Assembly: GCA_951406725.2 (NCBI GenBank)
Contig: OX597815.1
Span: 164,300,001 to 164,364,000, forward strand
Source of the DNA: Octopus vulgaris
Lineage: Eukaryota
DNA length: 64,000 nucleotides
Direction of reading: 5' to 3'
This document shows, piece by piece, positions 1 to 14,700 of the stretch (within the stretch, counting starts at the first letter, position 1; the number at the start of each line of letters is the position of its first letter). Under the pieces are notes generated by a model. The model was given only the letters and a program-made list of their open reading frames with translations, did not search any database and was not told the origin of the DNA. The translations under genes and the position numbers were made by a program.

Positions 1-74
1 TCTAAAAAAACACAATGAGAGCCATGACAGCAACCTGCGTCATATTCTTAAGAGGCATGAGCTTATACACAACA

Positions 75-1540
<1,466 letters not shown>

Positions 1541-2051
1541 GCCGGGTATGAGGTAATAGGAATTTAATGTACGTAAACAAAATCTTATTCTGAAAGAACT
1601 GTTCATGATATTTCGATCAACTTGAAAAAAAAAAATAAGAGAAATTATACACAAGAACAAAAACATTCATATGATATGATATACATGCAGCCTTAGTCAC
1701 GATTAAATCACTCAATACTTACATTAATTTTCATTTCTCTCGCATGCTTCCATCTCTTAGATATGTATGTGTGCACGGCTGCACATGTATGTGCATACAT
1801 TCGCAGACACACGAATGCATACGTAAATACATACGTAAATATTTAATTAGATACACACACTCACAAGATTTAAAGAAGATTGAAGAAATACAGATTATCA
1901 AAATTTATTTATTGCAGTATTATCCTCATTAAATTCCAATCAGACACGTGTTTCTGTCGGATAAGTGTCCTATTGTTCTTTGATGGAGAATTGATGTGCA
2001 TTTAATTTATTCAATTGCAGTCCACATCCATCTAATATTCTTTAGCAGTTT

Positions 2052-2500
2052 TAAGGCGGCTAGCTGGCGAAATACTTAGTGGTATTTCATCTACCGTTAC
2101 GTTCTGAGTTCAAATTCCGCCGAGGTTGACTTTGCCTTTCATCATTTCGGGGTCGATTAAATAAGTATCAGTTACGCACTGGAGTCGATATAATCGACTT
2201 AATCCGTTTGTCTGTCCCTGTTTGTCCTCTCTGTGCTTAGCCCCTTGTTGGTAGTAAAGAAATAGGTATGTTAAGGCGGCGAGCTGGCAGAAACGTTAGC
2301 ACACCGGGCGAAATGCTTGGCAGTATTTCGTCTGCCGTTACGTTCTGAGTTCAAATTCCGCCTAGATCGACTTTGCCTTTCATCCTTTCGGGTTCGATTA
2401 AATAAGTACCAGTTATGCACTGAGGTCGATATAATCAACTTAATCCGTTTGTCTGTCCTTGTTTGTCCTCTCTGTGTTTAGCCCCTTGTGGGTAGTTAAG
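2052..2500 (+). mobile_element. Tandem pair of SINE family B (tRNA-like head, Nin/Deu-like central domain)
   Basis: Two copies of AAGGCGGCGAGCTGGC...GAGTTCAAATTCC...GTCGACTTTGCCTTTCATCCTTTCGGGGTCGAT...AAGTACCAG...TTTGTCTGTCCTTGTTTGTCC...GTAGTAAAGAAATAG. The same unit recurs at least 8 times in the window. The domain name is from recalled similarity. Confidence 0.85.
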
Positions 2501-2640
2501 GAATTTCCCATATCTTTTACATATTTTGACGTCAAACTTAGACCACGGGTTTCTGAGATTCATATTGTGTATTTATATATATTGTGTATTTATTATATAT
2601 AATTATTCACACACACACACACGTACACATATATATCTGT

Positions 2641-2686
<46 letters not shown>

Positions 2687-3399
2687 TTATGCATAAATAT
2701 ACACATGTATACACATGCACACGCACATAAACATCTCTGCATTTTGTTCGCTTTTTAGTCTCTGTTCAAAATTATGGAGTTTCATGTAATTTTTCACATA
2801 ATTTGAGATCAAACTTGGCCCATGGAATTGTGAACTATCTATCAATTTACTTAGCTATAGATCTCGTCTCTATCTACCTTTCTATCTTTTTCCCTCTCTG
2901 CCCATATATTGCCGCCTATCTATCTGTCTATTTGCATTACAACACCTTTTTCCACATAATTTGAGATCAAACTTGACCCATGGAACTCTGAACTCTCTGT
3001 CTGTATACTTATATATATAGATCTAGTCTCTATTACTTTATCTACCTCTCTACTTACTTATAGCTCTCTATCTACCTCTATACTTATCTATAAATCTCTA
3101 TCTATTTACTTACACACACACATTGTCTTTTTCTTTTTGACAATGTAAATACAAAATAAATTACGAAGTTCCAAGATAATTCAATACAAAATATTTAATA
3201 CCATGTACAAATTTTTTTGGAAAATATGCGAAAATATTTTTATTTTGTCACATTTAAGTAAAATAAAGGAATTTACCGTTATTATTACTAGCACAGGGTT
3301 ATATTAACAGATATATGTGTCAGTGTGTGTGTGCGTCGGTGTATACATGTGACTCTATCTGCGTTGTGTTATGCAAACATGTATAAATATGCATATATA

Positions 3400-3570
3400 G
3401 GCGCAGGAGTGGCTGTGTGGTAAGTAGCTTGCTTATCAACCACATGGTTCCGGGTTCAGTCCCATTGCGTGGCACCTTGGGCAAGTGTCTTCTGCTATAG
3501 CCCCGGGCCGACCAATGCCTTGTGAGTGGATTTGGTAGACGGAAACTAAAAGAAGCCTGTCGTATATATG

Positions 3571-3603
<33 letters not shown>

Positions 3604-3820
3604 GTGTTTGTGTGTCTGTGTTTGTCCCCCTAGCATTGCTTGACAACCGATGATGGTGTGTTTACGTCCCCGTCACTTAGCGGTTCGGCAAAAGAGACCG
3701 ATAGAATAAGTACTGGGCTTACAAAAAATAAGTCCCGGGGTCGATTTGCTCGACTAAAGGCGGTGCTCCAGCATGGCCGCAGTCAAATGACTGAAACAAG
3801 TAAAAGAGTAAAAGAAAGAG
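3400..3820 (+). mobile_element. SINE family A (tRNA-derived head, internal TA/TG microsatellite, AGTAAAAG tail)
   Basis: A-box TGGCTGTGTGG, B-box GGTTCAGTCCC, CORE-like GGCACCTTGGGCAAG and tail GACTGAAACAAGTAAAAGAGTAAAAG; multiple near-identical copies in the window. Confidence 0.9.
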
Positions 3821-3864
3821 TATATATATGTGTGTGTTTGTGTGTGTGTGTGTGTGTGTGTATT

Positions 3865-4000
3865 TCGTTTTGGGATTTGGTTTGCAAGATTCTTTATGTG
3901 AGTTCGTATGTTGAAGCATATTCTGTTGTGTTGTCATTTTCTTTTGGTGCCTTATAATTTAACACACTCACCGGTAAAATTTCCACTTATTTCTTTTTTT
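3865..4000 (-). repeat. Interspersed repeat; second copy in opposite orientation at ~33705-33915
   Basis: GATTTGGTTTGCAAGATTCTTTAT...ACACTCACCGGTAAAATT matches the reverse complement of ~33780-33915. Confidence 0.8.
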
Positions 4001-4099
4001 TTTTTTTTTTTTTACTTTTATGTTCCTATATATATATGTGATGGGGTCTCTCCCGTTAGACGACGTATGAGGGTTCGACAATTTCTTACCGGACAACCA

Positions 4100-4297
4100 C
4101 ACAGCTGATTTGTTCATACTGATCAAATATTTGTGTAGACATAAGCTCACTCCCTCCATCAAATCGGCATTACCTGTACAGGTGCAAAGGGTGCCACATG
4201 TCAGATGTTCAAACGATCGAAGAGCAACGTGAAATGAAGTGCTTTGCTCAAGAACACAACGCAACAGCCGGTCTGGGAATCAAACCCACGATCTCGC
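4100..4297 (-). mobile_element. Degenerate tRNA/CORE-like SINE fragment (third family)
   Basis: Minus strand reads GGGTTTGATTCCC (B-box-like) followed by GTGTTCTTGAGCAAAGCACTTCATTTCAC (CORE-like). Confidence 0.5.
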
Positions 4298-4453
4298 ACA
4301 GAGAGAGATTGATTGATTAATAGACAGATTATTCCCCTGTCATTTTAAGTTCATAGTGCTGCGTACTCGACTGACGCTTTGTTCTGGACCATATGTATAC
4401 TGAGTTTTAACACCAGGTTATTAGAATCCATATGCCTAGGTGAAATGCTAAAT

Positions 4454-4614
4454 GCGTAGGTTTGGCTGTGTGCTAAGTAGCTTGCTTACTAACCACATGG
4501 TTCCGGGTTCAGTTCCACTGTGTGGCACCTTGGGCAAGTGTCTTCTACTATAGCCTCAGGCCGACCAAAGTCTTGTGAGTGGATTTGGTAGACGGAAAAT
4601 GAAAGAAGCCTGTC

Positions 4615-4679
<65 letters not shown>

Positions 4680-4922
4680 GTATGTATGTATGTATGTGTG
4701 TGTGTGTTTGTGTGTATGTTTGTGTGTCTGTGTTTGTACCCACCAACATCGCTTGACAACCGATGATGGTGTGTTTACGTCCCCGTAACTTAGCGGTTCG
4801 GCAAAAGAGACCGATAGAATAAGTACTAGGCTTACAAAGAATAAGTCCTGGGGTCGATTTGGTCAACTAAAGGCCGTGCTCCAGCATGGCCACAATTAAA
4901 TGACTGAAACAAGTAAAAGAGT
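4454..4922 (+). mobile_element. SINE family A copy
   Basis: Same head, internal microsatellite and tail as 3400-3820. Confidence 0.9.
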
Positions 4923-5179
4923 ATATATGCGTCCGCGCGTGCGCGTGAGTGTGTGTGTGTACGTATGAATGAATTCGTGTATCAGTACATATATGTGTGT
5001 ATACTACATACGAAACCCTAAGTACGCAGAATTGATTTGTTAGTATGTAGCATTGTATTCGTATTTCCCGAGGACGAGAGCAGCATTCATGACAAAAATC
5101 ATGCGTTACTTATGTTAAACTTTATTTAATTTCTGTTGAGCTTTATCTGCATGTATGTAAAAATGTACGTCATATACAT

Positions 5180-5213
5180 ACAGTCTTTCTCTCTTTCTCT
5201 CTCTCTCTTTCTT

Positions 5214-5261
<48 letters not shown>

Positions 5262-5326
5262 GCACACACAAATATAAATATAAATACGTCTATAAACGTC
5301 CTTATGTGTATTTATGCATATAATTA

Positions 5327-5379
<53 letters not shown>

Positions 5380-5488
5380 ATCTGTCTGTATGTACATATG
5401 TATATATGTATATATATGTGTGTGTGTGCATGTATATATATGTATGTGTGTGCGTATGTATATACATATATACATGTGTGTGTGTGTG

Positions 5489-5544
<56 letters not shown>

Positions 5545-5669
5545 TATGTATATATGTATATATGTATATATATATATATATATAATTTTAATCCAAACGG
5601 GAAACAAAAAAACAACAACAATGGAACAATTACAGTATTATTATTAATAGGCGCTCAGGAAATGGAAGC

Positions 5670-5752
<83 letters not shown>

Positions 5753-6430
5753 CATACATATATACATATATAGTTAGGAGCATGTGCACCCGTATATATT
5801 TAGCTAAAACACACTAACATATGTACAATTTCCTTTGCATTCAGTAACCTGGTGCACTCGCCTTAAACTCACGATTCTTCTTTGAATTCCTAGTCTAACA
5901 AATCTTGTATTTTCCTCGTTTCCTTCCAGTCTAGTTGAGAATTTTCTCTTTAGTTTTACTCACTGTGATTTTTCACTTGCTCTAAGGATTTGTACAATCA
6001 ATTATGTACATGCAAGTTTGTGTGTGCGTGCTTGTGCGGTGGGGACACACACACATACACATAAATACGCACAGTTACATATAGAGAGCTGTAGGAATAC
6101 ATACATACATACATACATACATACATACATACATACATACATACATACATACGAACATATATATTTAAGCATGAGTATATGTGTGTGTATGTACCTATGT
6201 ACCTGACTATATATGTATATAGGTATGTATGTATGTAGGTAGGTAGGTAGGTAGGTATGTAGGTAGGTATGCAGGTAGGTAGGTAAGTAAGTAGGTAGAT
6301 AGGTAGGTAAGTAGGTAGGTAGGTAGATAGGTAGGTAGGCATGTAGGTAGGTAGGTAGGTAGGTAGGTAGGTAGGTAGGTAGGTAGGTAGGTAGGTAGGT
6401 AGGTAGGTAGGTAGGTAGGTAGGTAGGTAT
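5180..6430. repeat. (CT)n, (TG)n, (TA)n, (TACA)n and (TAGG)n microsatellites
   Basis: Directly visible. Confidence 0.95.
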
Positions 6431-6739
6431 TGTATATAACACATTAGGTTCCAAATTCTTTCATATAAAAGGAAACCGATCCTAAATCGGGTTTTATAAG
6501 TCCTGCAATCTTCGAACCTGTTGAAATAACCTATGGATCGTTGAATTCTTCAATAAGACTATGCCGTGGAATCTTGTGTGAGGCGAGAAAAACAAAAATA
6601 TCCGAGGCCAATTTTATTTAGAACTAAATAGCGTCGTTAGTCTATAAGATATTTACCTGTAATCACTCCCCTTCTCTTGTGTGTGACAAAGAAGCTAAAG
6701 ATCAAAGCTGATCCAGAAACTATTCCACGAATGTATATT

Positions 6740-7287
6740 AGCGACAGAGTCAATGCTAATTCCGAGAGGTAATATTTATTCTCCCTTAAACGTAGATGTT
6801 CTATTACAACAAACCATACTGAGGAAGACACCATGAGAGAAACTCTTATATTGGCTTCTGGAGCAAAACGCGCGCTCCTCTATATCACTTGCGAGGAGAA
6901 AAATCCCAGCCACCTCCAGCTCCGAGACCACCAGATCCCGTGATTTCTATCTACTTTGGTCTCATCACTGATAGATACTCAACTGCTAGAGATAGCAGCG
7001 ACTCATCACCCTGCCAGTGATGTATAGAATAACTGTTCGAAAACAAGCATTGGTATCGCGATTAGCCAGTGAGTTTGTTAAAAATATATATATATCAGCG
7101 ACAGAGGCAGTATTAATACCGAGAAGTAATATCTATTTCCACTTAAACGTAGATATTCTGTTAGAACAAACCATACTGCGGTAGATACCACAAGAGAAGC
7201 TCTCATATTGGCTTTTGGTGCAAAAAGCACTCTTGTTCATATCGCTAGCGGGGAGATAATCCCCTACCAACTCCAGCACCGAGACCT
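6740..7287. repeat. Diverged direct duplication of ~190 bp (6740-6930 and 7097-7287)
   Basis: Both begin AGCGACAGAG, contain CTTAAACGTAGAT and AACAAACCATACTG, and end CTCCAGC.CCGAGACC. Confidence 0.8.
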
Positions 7288-7505
7288 GGACATCAATGTT
7301 TTGAAACTGACCTATTTTCCTTTATATTTCAGACAGATCCAGTGCTGAGTTGCTGAAGCACAAATATCGTTATACCAAATATTTTTCTCTATACCCCAGA
7401 TTTGCTTGTCAGTTGCTTGACCTTAACCATTTGAGAATAGTCATTTGTGGCTGACAATATGTGCATCACGGATCATGGGCAGGAGTAGTGGAGGAGTATG
7501 ATAAC

Positions 7506-7650
7506 CTATTTCTTTGCTACCCACAAGGGGCTAAACACAGAGAGGACAAACAAGGACAGACAAACGGATTTGAACTCAGAACGTAGCGACAGACGAAATA
7601 CCGCTAGGCGTTTCGCCCGGCGTGCTAACGTTTCTGTCAGATTGCCGCCC
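7506..7650 (-). mobile_element. Internally deleted SINE family B copy inside an older repeat (related copy at ~29280-29450)
   Basis: Tail TATTTCTTTGCTACCCACAAGGGG is fused to head GAACTCAGAACGT...GCCGCC; flanks GTATGATAAC and GTATCATAAC resemble a TSD. Confidence 0.8.
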
Positions 7651-9080
7651 TGTATCATAACTATGTGTCGAGAAGGATTGTTTGGCAGTTTGAATAAATG
7701 TAACAAGAGTAAAGCTTGAATGAAATATTAACTATTTTTCATACTTTCTAGGGGTAAGCAAATACGAAATAACAGTTGCTACCCAAGGACAAAAATCGTG
7801 TCGCACAGCGTAGTCGAGCAGTGGCAAATGGTTGTGGAAGTGTTGTTCGAAATAGGCCTACGCCATGCCGACATAGCGTGTTTTCTACGGTGAGCTACGA
7901 ATCATAGACAAATGACGAGATGTATCATTCGACATGAACATCCCTTTCAGCAATTGGCATGGTTTTAGACGTTATTAATGATTTCAAGTCTAAAGCAGAC
8001 GTGTCACTTATTTTCTTCGTTCGTTGAACATACTGTAATGATGTTTCGTTGGGAAAAGTTTTTCTTGAACGTACACACATATACACACAAACACATACAT
8101 ACACAGACACATGCACACACACAAATATACATACACATACGCACACTCATCATTCTTGATCATATGTCTGTTGATGTGTTAGTTTTGCTAAGAATCTTTT
8201 TCGCTGAGGAGACCTAACAATATCAAAACATACCCCTTGCTTTCAGTAGACGCCTTTAAAAACTAAATCTACTCTAATATGCAATGTTTATGTTTTCCAA
8301 AATTACATTCAACTGATATTAATAAAGTTATATTATTTTACTTGTTGTTTTCGGGATTTAAAAGCATCCACAGGAATTTTTTGCCTACTATTTGCTCATA
8401 TAATCTCAGTTGGCTTAATTATTTTACTCATTTTATTACATATATGACACTCTGTTGTATTTATAACAGATGTATCTTTTATCCAAAGAAAGATAATTAT
8501 ATTCCGCATTTCTCTTCTATAAACACTACAAAATATATTTCCATTGTGAAGATGACACCTTATAACTTGTCTAAACATAACAATGTCATATATTCAACAA
8601 TGTTTATAAAAATTACCTACAGCTCAGTATCTCCCAAGACACTCTCTAAATCTGTCAAATCTAAATTCCTATGAATTTATTAAGAAATATGAGTTGGCTC
8701 AGCTGGCCTAAAATGTTGAAATAAAACTAAAATAATGATCTCAACAATGTCAGCTTTATGCATGTAATACGTATATAAAAGAGAGGAAGGCCAATGCTCT
8801 CTAAATATTATCCTTTAGGATAAATGAATTCTCATGAGACGAATCGATAAACAGAAAAAAACAGTGACAGGAAAATATATATGAATATCATGTTGAAATT
8901 TCGAAAGCAAAACAAAAAAAGGCTTTTATAAAAATAAGAAAAGCAGAAAAGAAACAAAAACCGTAGAGAACTAAAAAGAAAACTTGTCTTCCTCAGTAGC
9001 TGAATTGGCTTGCATAGATTAACCCATCAGAAAAAATACTGAAGGAATAATTCAAAGATGTTTCATGAAACCATAGATGC

Positions 9081-9139
<59 letters not shown>

Positions 9140-9230
9140 AGGGTAGAAATTGATATTAATCAATTAAAAGCCGGTGGCCAACCATATTTTAAAAAATCAG
9201 AAGATTAAAAGTTTTTTTACATACAAAATT

Positions 9231-9387
9231 CAAAATTTAGAGGATTGACCACTAAAAGTGGACAGTCTGTATGCTAGATATAGACGTCAAAATCGCTTGA
9301 GAACACATTCTCCGTGGAAAATAGCGATTTTGACGACTATATCTAGCATACAGGCTGTCCACCTTTAGTGGTCAATCCTCTAAATTT

Positions 9388-9389
<2 letters not shown>
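9231..9389. repeat. Foldback inverted repeat, ~67-bp arms and ~25-nt loop, between (TA)n tracts
   Basis: CAAAATTTAGAGGATTGACCACTAAA...AAAATCGCT versus AGCGATTTT...TTTAGTGGTCAATCCTCTAAATTTTG; about 3 mismatches. Confidence 0.9.
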
Positions 9390-9445
<56 letters not shown>

Positions 9446-9477
9446 TAATAGTATTTTATACGCTTAAAACTTATAAG

Positions 9478-9912
9478 CAATCACCGCGCAATGACTAAAG
9501 AATTTAGTCTAATAATGGGGCATATAAGCCCTCGACAGAAAAAAGTAGGTTTTCCCGTATGCGTTGGACTCGAACCCACACCTCTGTTTACGCGACCAAG
9601 TGTGCTCCTGTTACACACTTGCTTCTTTTTGTCCGATTTAATAACTATAATTAGTTCGTAGTTGTTTTTGCAAACAAACTTTCATGTGCTTTCACTGCGA
9701 TGGTTTTGTGAAGCAGCGGCGATCACCGCGCAATGACTAAAGAAAATAGTCAAATAATGGGGCATATAAACCCTCGAAAGAAAAACGTAGGTTTTCCCGT
9801 ACGCGTCGGACTCGAACCCATATCGCTTTGTTTACGCGACCAAGTGTGCTACCATTACACCAGCGAACCAACTTGCTTCTTTCTGTCAGATGGAAGAACT
9901 ATAATTTGTTCG
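9478..9912 (-). pseudogene. Two tandem tRNA-like (Pol III A/B-box) units, period ~242 bp
   Basis: Minus strand TGGTGTAATGG...GGTTCGAGTCC at ~9795-9865, with a deleted copy at ~9550-9618; ATCACCGCGCAATGACTAAAGAA repeats at 9480 and 9722. The cloverleaf is imperfect. Confidence 0.6.
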
Positions 9913-10217
9913 TGCACACACAGGGTGGTGCAAAAGTAGGCTTACACTCATATAATTGTATATTTTATTTTATTATTTAAAAAACATTGTACAATGTTAG
10001 TTCCGAAAATGCTCAAAATGTCCGCTCTGAACATTAACGTATTTTTGGAGTCTATCAGCTACACTGCGATACACACGACGACACAGGTCGACGAACGGGA
10101 ACATGAGACTCTGCTTTTTAATAAAGCATATTACTCTACCTCTGATATTCGACAACTATTTTTCTCACCTTGTTTCGCATTTATGTGCTTACTCTGGTAT
10201 ATTTATATATATATATA

Positions 10218-10584
10218 TGTGTGTGTGTGTAGTATTCGTTCGACAAATAAGCCTTCGGGGCAGTGTCCCAGCATAGCTGCAGTCTAATGACTGACACAAG
10301 TAAAAGATTAAAAATATAAACATACACTGATATATTCGCGCGCGTGTGTGCGTATGTGTGTGTGTGTGTGCATGTGTACATGAGCTCCTATTGCACTCTT
10401 ATCTACACCCCGTCTCAGATGTACTTGTGTTCATGCATTTATGGACTTGTATTCAGTAGCAACAGCAACAACCGACATGCTTACGTAATTGTAAAACCCT
10501 GAAAGTGCAAAATTTCATTATCGTTAATGCGTTCTTATAACTGCTATATGAATATGTAGGTATAAGTGTGTGTGCATGCGTATG

Positions 10585-10626
<42 letters not shown>

Positions 10627-10637
10627 CGCAGGCATGG

Positions 10638-10676
<39 letters not shown>

Positions 10677-10966
10677 CACTTTCAGGGTTTTACAATTACG
10701 TAAGCATGTCGGTTGTTGCTGTTGCTACTGAATACAAGTCCATAAATGCATGAACACAAGTACATCTGAGACGGGGTGTAGATAAGAGTGCAATAGGAGC
10801 TCATGTACACATGCACACACACACACACATACGCACACACGCGCGCGAATATATCAGTGTACGTTTATATTTTTAATCTTTTACTTGTGTCAGTCATTAG
10901 ACTGCAGCTATGCTGGGACACTGCCCCGAAGGCTTATTTGTCGAACGAATACTACACACACACACA
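10218..10966. repeat. Near-perfect inverted duplication (294-bp arms at 10218-10511 and 10673-10966)
   Basis: The arms are reverse complements with one mismatch seen; the ORF track gives the same peptide on both strands (10181..10381 - and 10803..10997 +). Confidence 0.95.
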
Positions 10967-11077
10967 ATGCCTTTACTCATATGTAATGGTGTATTAAAGT
11001 ATGGATTGGGTATCATCGGATAGTTGATGTTTTGTTGTTTAAGTATGTTTCTCCATTCTCTATATATATTGGCTGTA

Positions 11078-11159
<82 letters not shown>

Positions 11160-11199
11160 TATATATATACACACACACTATATATATACACTATATACT

Positions 11200-11298
<99 letters not shown>

Positions 11299-11377
11299 GT
11301 CACAGTATACTAAATAAGACGCTTATTAAATCATATTTAGTATGCCGTGACAACTTGTAAGTTTCATTATTTGATAA

Positions 11378-11542
11378 TAATTAACATGTGATTTGGTCTT
11401 AAATATTAACCACCTAATTGTGAGTGACTTTTAATTTCTGCATTGTAGTCTACCTATAATTAACATGTGATTTGGTCTTAAATATTAACCGCCTAATTGT
11501 GAGTGACTTTTAATTTCTGCATTCATTGCAGTGTACCTATAA
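11378..11542. repeat. Tandem duplication, ~79-bp unit x2
   Basis: TAATTAACATGTGATTTGGTCTTAAATATTAACC...TTTCTGCATT occurs twice. Confidence 0.9.
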
Positions 11543-11723
11543 GATGGATTTTTCTTGCGTACCTGTATATATCTAATTATTACCACAATTCGCTATATAT
11601 GAGACTAAGTCCAATGTCATTTCCTAGCAGCCTTAATTGAATCGTTGAATTACCTGTACTAGTTGTCTTCTCTTAACGGGGCTACTTTTTTCACTGTTCC
11701 CTCATACATGTTATAACGTTAAG

Positions 11724-14700
11724 AAGGCGGCGAGCTGGCAGAATCGTTAGCACGCTAGGCAAAATGCGTAGCCGTATTTCGTCTGCCGTTACGTTCTGAG
11801 TTCAAATTCCGCCGAGGTCGACTTTACCTTTCATCCTTTTGGGGTCGATTAAAATGAGTACCAGTTACGCACTGGGGTCGATATAATCGACTTAATCCGT
11901 TTGTCTGTCTTTGTTTGTCCTCTCTGTGTATAGCCCCTTGTAAAGAAATAGGTGTGTAGTGATATTATAACGGTGCGCGCTCGCGCACCGCCCATTTGTA
12001 TTTCGCGCGTGTTGGTGCCTTCACCAAGGCACAGAAAGGAAGGCCCTCTCGCGCATGCGCGAACCACCGGTAGCACGACCCTATTGCCTACGTAGCAGTT
12101 AGCGAGGCAAGGGGGTCGTAGAACGTTTGACCGCTAGCGTCCAGCAAGCGGTGACTTGGGACTTAGCGATTGACGGCGACGGTCACGCATATATTCTCTC
12201 CGTCAGGATTAGATTCTAGCAGTCCTTTGGCCGAAGACTTTTAACCAAAATTGTTGCAGACCAACATCGTCTCCATTGTTCGACGCCATCTTGAATCCTT
12301 TCTGTTTTTGGGCTGGAGATTGTAAATATTACAATCTATTAACTTTCAGCCTTGCGCGCCCGAATCAAGGACATCAGATAACACACTTATTGTTATTGTT
12401 TACCAAGAAAGAGAATAAAGTAGTTATATATATATTTCACGTCTGCGTCTTGTTGTTTCCGACTTGTAGAATTCTGGATTATTAAGTAACGGCTAGTGAG
12501 TGATTGCTTTGTGCACCCCAAAAGTGCACGAGGATATTCACATCACACAACACTAAGCTCGTTACACTGGTGGACTCCCGACGTGATTCTGGTCTAAAAC
12601 CAGAGATCACTTATCAACAAAAAAATCCAGTTTTTCTGCGAAGTCGGAACACGATTTAACTCTACGCATCAACTTTCGACGATTTGTTTCCGTCCTCTCG
12701 GACTGTTATAGAAGGAGCCTCTTTCTTATTCTACAGCCATGATGACGGACGCCATCATCTATTCGATGCCTTTTCTCCACCTTCGTCATCATCATCGTCG
12801 TCTGTCTACTTCACGTCGTCGCTATCTTCGTCGCCATCATCACTAAGAACGATGTTGTCCCAAGTCCACTACAGTCGCCTTTCACCACCAACGTCGCCTT
12901 TCAACACCGTCGACCTCCACCAAGATGTACATAGCAACTCGCGGAAGTTTGGTCCACTTGCCGTTTGTGCATATGCACACCAAGGATTCACAGCACCGTC
13001 TATCTACGAGATTTCTTCTGTTCCAGTTAACCTGTCACAGCATTGAAGCCACAACCGTTACACGATATGTGTTCAACCGGCATCTGCATTTTGTGATTTC
13101 AACATTTCTGTTACAGAACGAACTGCTATTGTACATCAGGCTATTACAGACTGGTAAACTAATTCTTGTCTGGAATAGCCCGAGAGACATTTTTTTCTAT
13201 GCGCTGTATTTTTTATATTTTGCTCGCATTCACCTTGTATGTATTTCTGTCGCACACACGTACACACACATAAATGCTCTCTCTCACATACATACGTCAC
13301 ACATGCTTTTCTCGCTTGTTTGTTCCATGCTAAATTTGCCTTTTGTGGACACCCCTCATTTCTATAGACCCTAGCGGTCACGTATACATAGAGAGGGTTG
13401 TTTGTCCATTATGACGCGCCAGCATGTCATACTTTTGTTCCTATACGAACGAAGCATATAATCGCTTAACCACTGGCATATTCTTGCTGTTTTTTGGTCT
13501 GGCAAGCACTGTTGCATTTCATGCGCCTATTGCTTCGCACGTGTACTTGCCTTGTTTTTGCAACACGTTTTGCGTTAGCCTAATTCTTTTCCCGACTCAT
13601 AGACGTCGGATGTTCACATGCGCTGCGCCGATTTATAGGCGTAATTATTTTTCCCTGTTAGACCACTGTTGGTCACGTAATTAACAGAAAACTATCTGTG
13701 TCGCGCATCACACCAGCATGTTTGCACCTTTGCCTTTTGTGTTACTAGCGAGCTTCTGCCAATTCCATTTCCTCTCCTGCAGCAATTGATTTAACTGCTA
13801 TTTTTGCAGGATCAACCACCTTTAGAGAAGTTGGATTTTAATTTCGTTTAGGTTCATTAACAGTGAGTTCTGCCTTTTCTTTCGCTCCCTTCAGCGGAAG
13901 GCTCTATACTTTGTGACGTATACACTTTCATGCATGCACTCTTGATTTTTGCTCATTGAGTATTTTTTCTCTTTTTCCTTTAGTAAATTTCTCGTGTATG
14001 TTATAAATTTTGCCATTATATTATTGTGTGCTATTTGGTTATCTGGTGTCCACCTTGAGTTTTGCAGTCACTACAATAAGTTTCCTTTCGTGCGTACGCA
14101 CTGGAGGGGAGCCTGTAGTGATATTATAACGGTGCGCGCTCGCGCACCGCCCATTTGTATTTCGCGCGTGTTGGTGCCTTCACCAAGGCACAGAAAAGAA
14201 GGCCCTCTCGCGCATGCGCGAACCACCGGTAGCACGACCCTATTGCCTACGTAGCAGTTAGCGAGGCAAGGGGGTCGTAGAACGTTTGACCGCTAGCGTC
14301 CAGCAAGCGGTGACTTGGGACTTAGCGATTGACGGCGACGGTCACGCATATATTCTCTCCATCAGGATTAGATTCTAGCAGTCCTTTGGCCGAAGACTTT
14401 TAACCAAAATTGTTGCAGACCAACATCGTCTCCATTGTTCGACGCCATCTTGAATCCTTTCTGTTTTTGGGCTGAAGATTGTAAATATTACAATCTATTA
14501 ACTTTCAGCCTTGCGCGCCCGAATCAAGGACATCAGATAACACACTTATTGTTATTGTTTACCAAGAAAGAGAATAAAGTAGTTATATATATATTTCACG
14601 TCTGCGTCTTGTTGTTTCCGACTTGTAGAATTCTGGATTATTAAGTAACGGCTAGTGAGTGATTGCTTTGTGCACCCCAAAAGTCCACGAGGATATTCAC

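Noticed and set aside
12684-14254. Short ORFs in the LTR element interior as gag or env
   Set aside because: No zinc knuckle, protease, RT or integrase motifs; low-complexity Ser-rich or hydrophobic text with mostly non-ATG starts.
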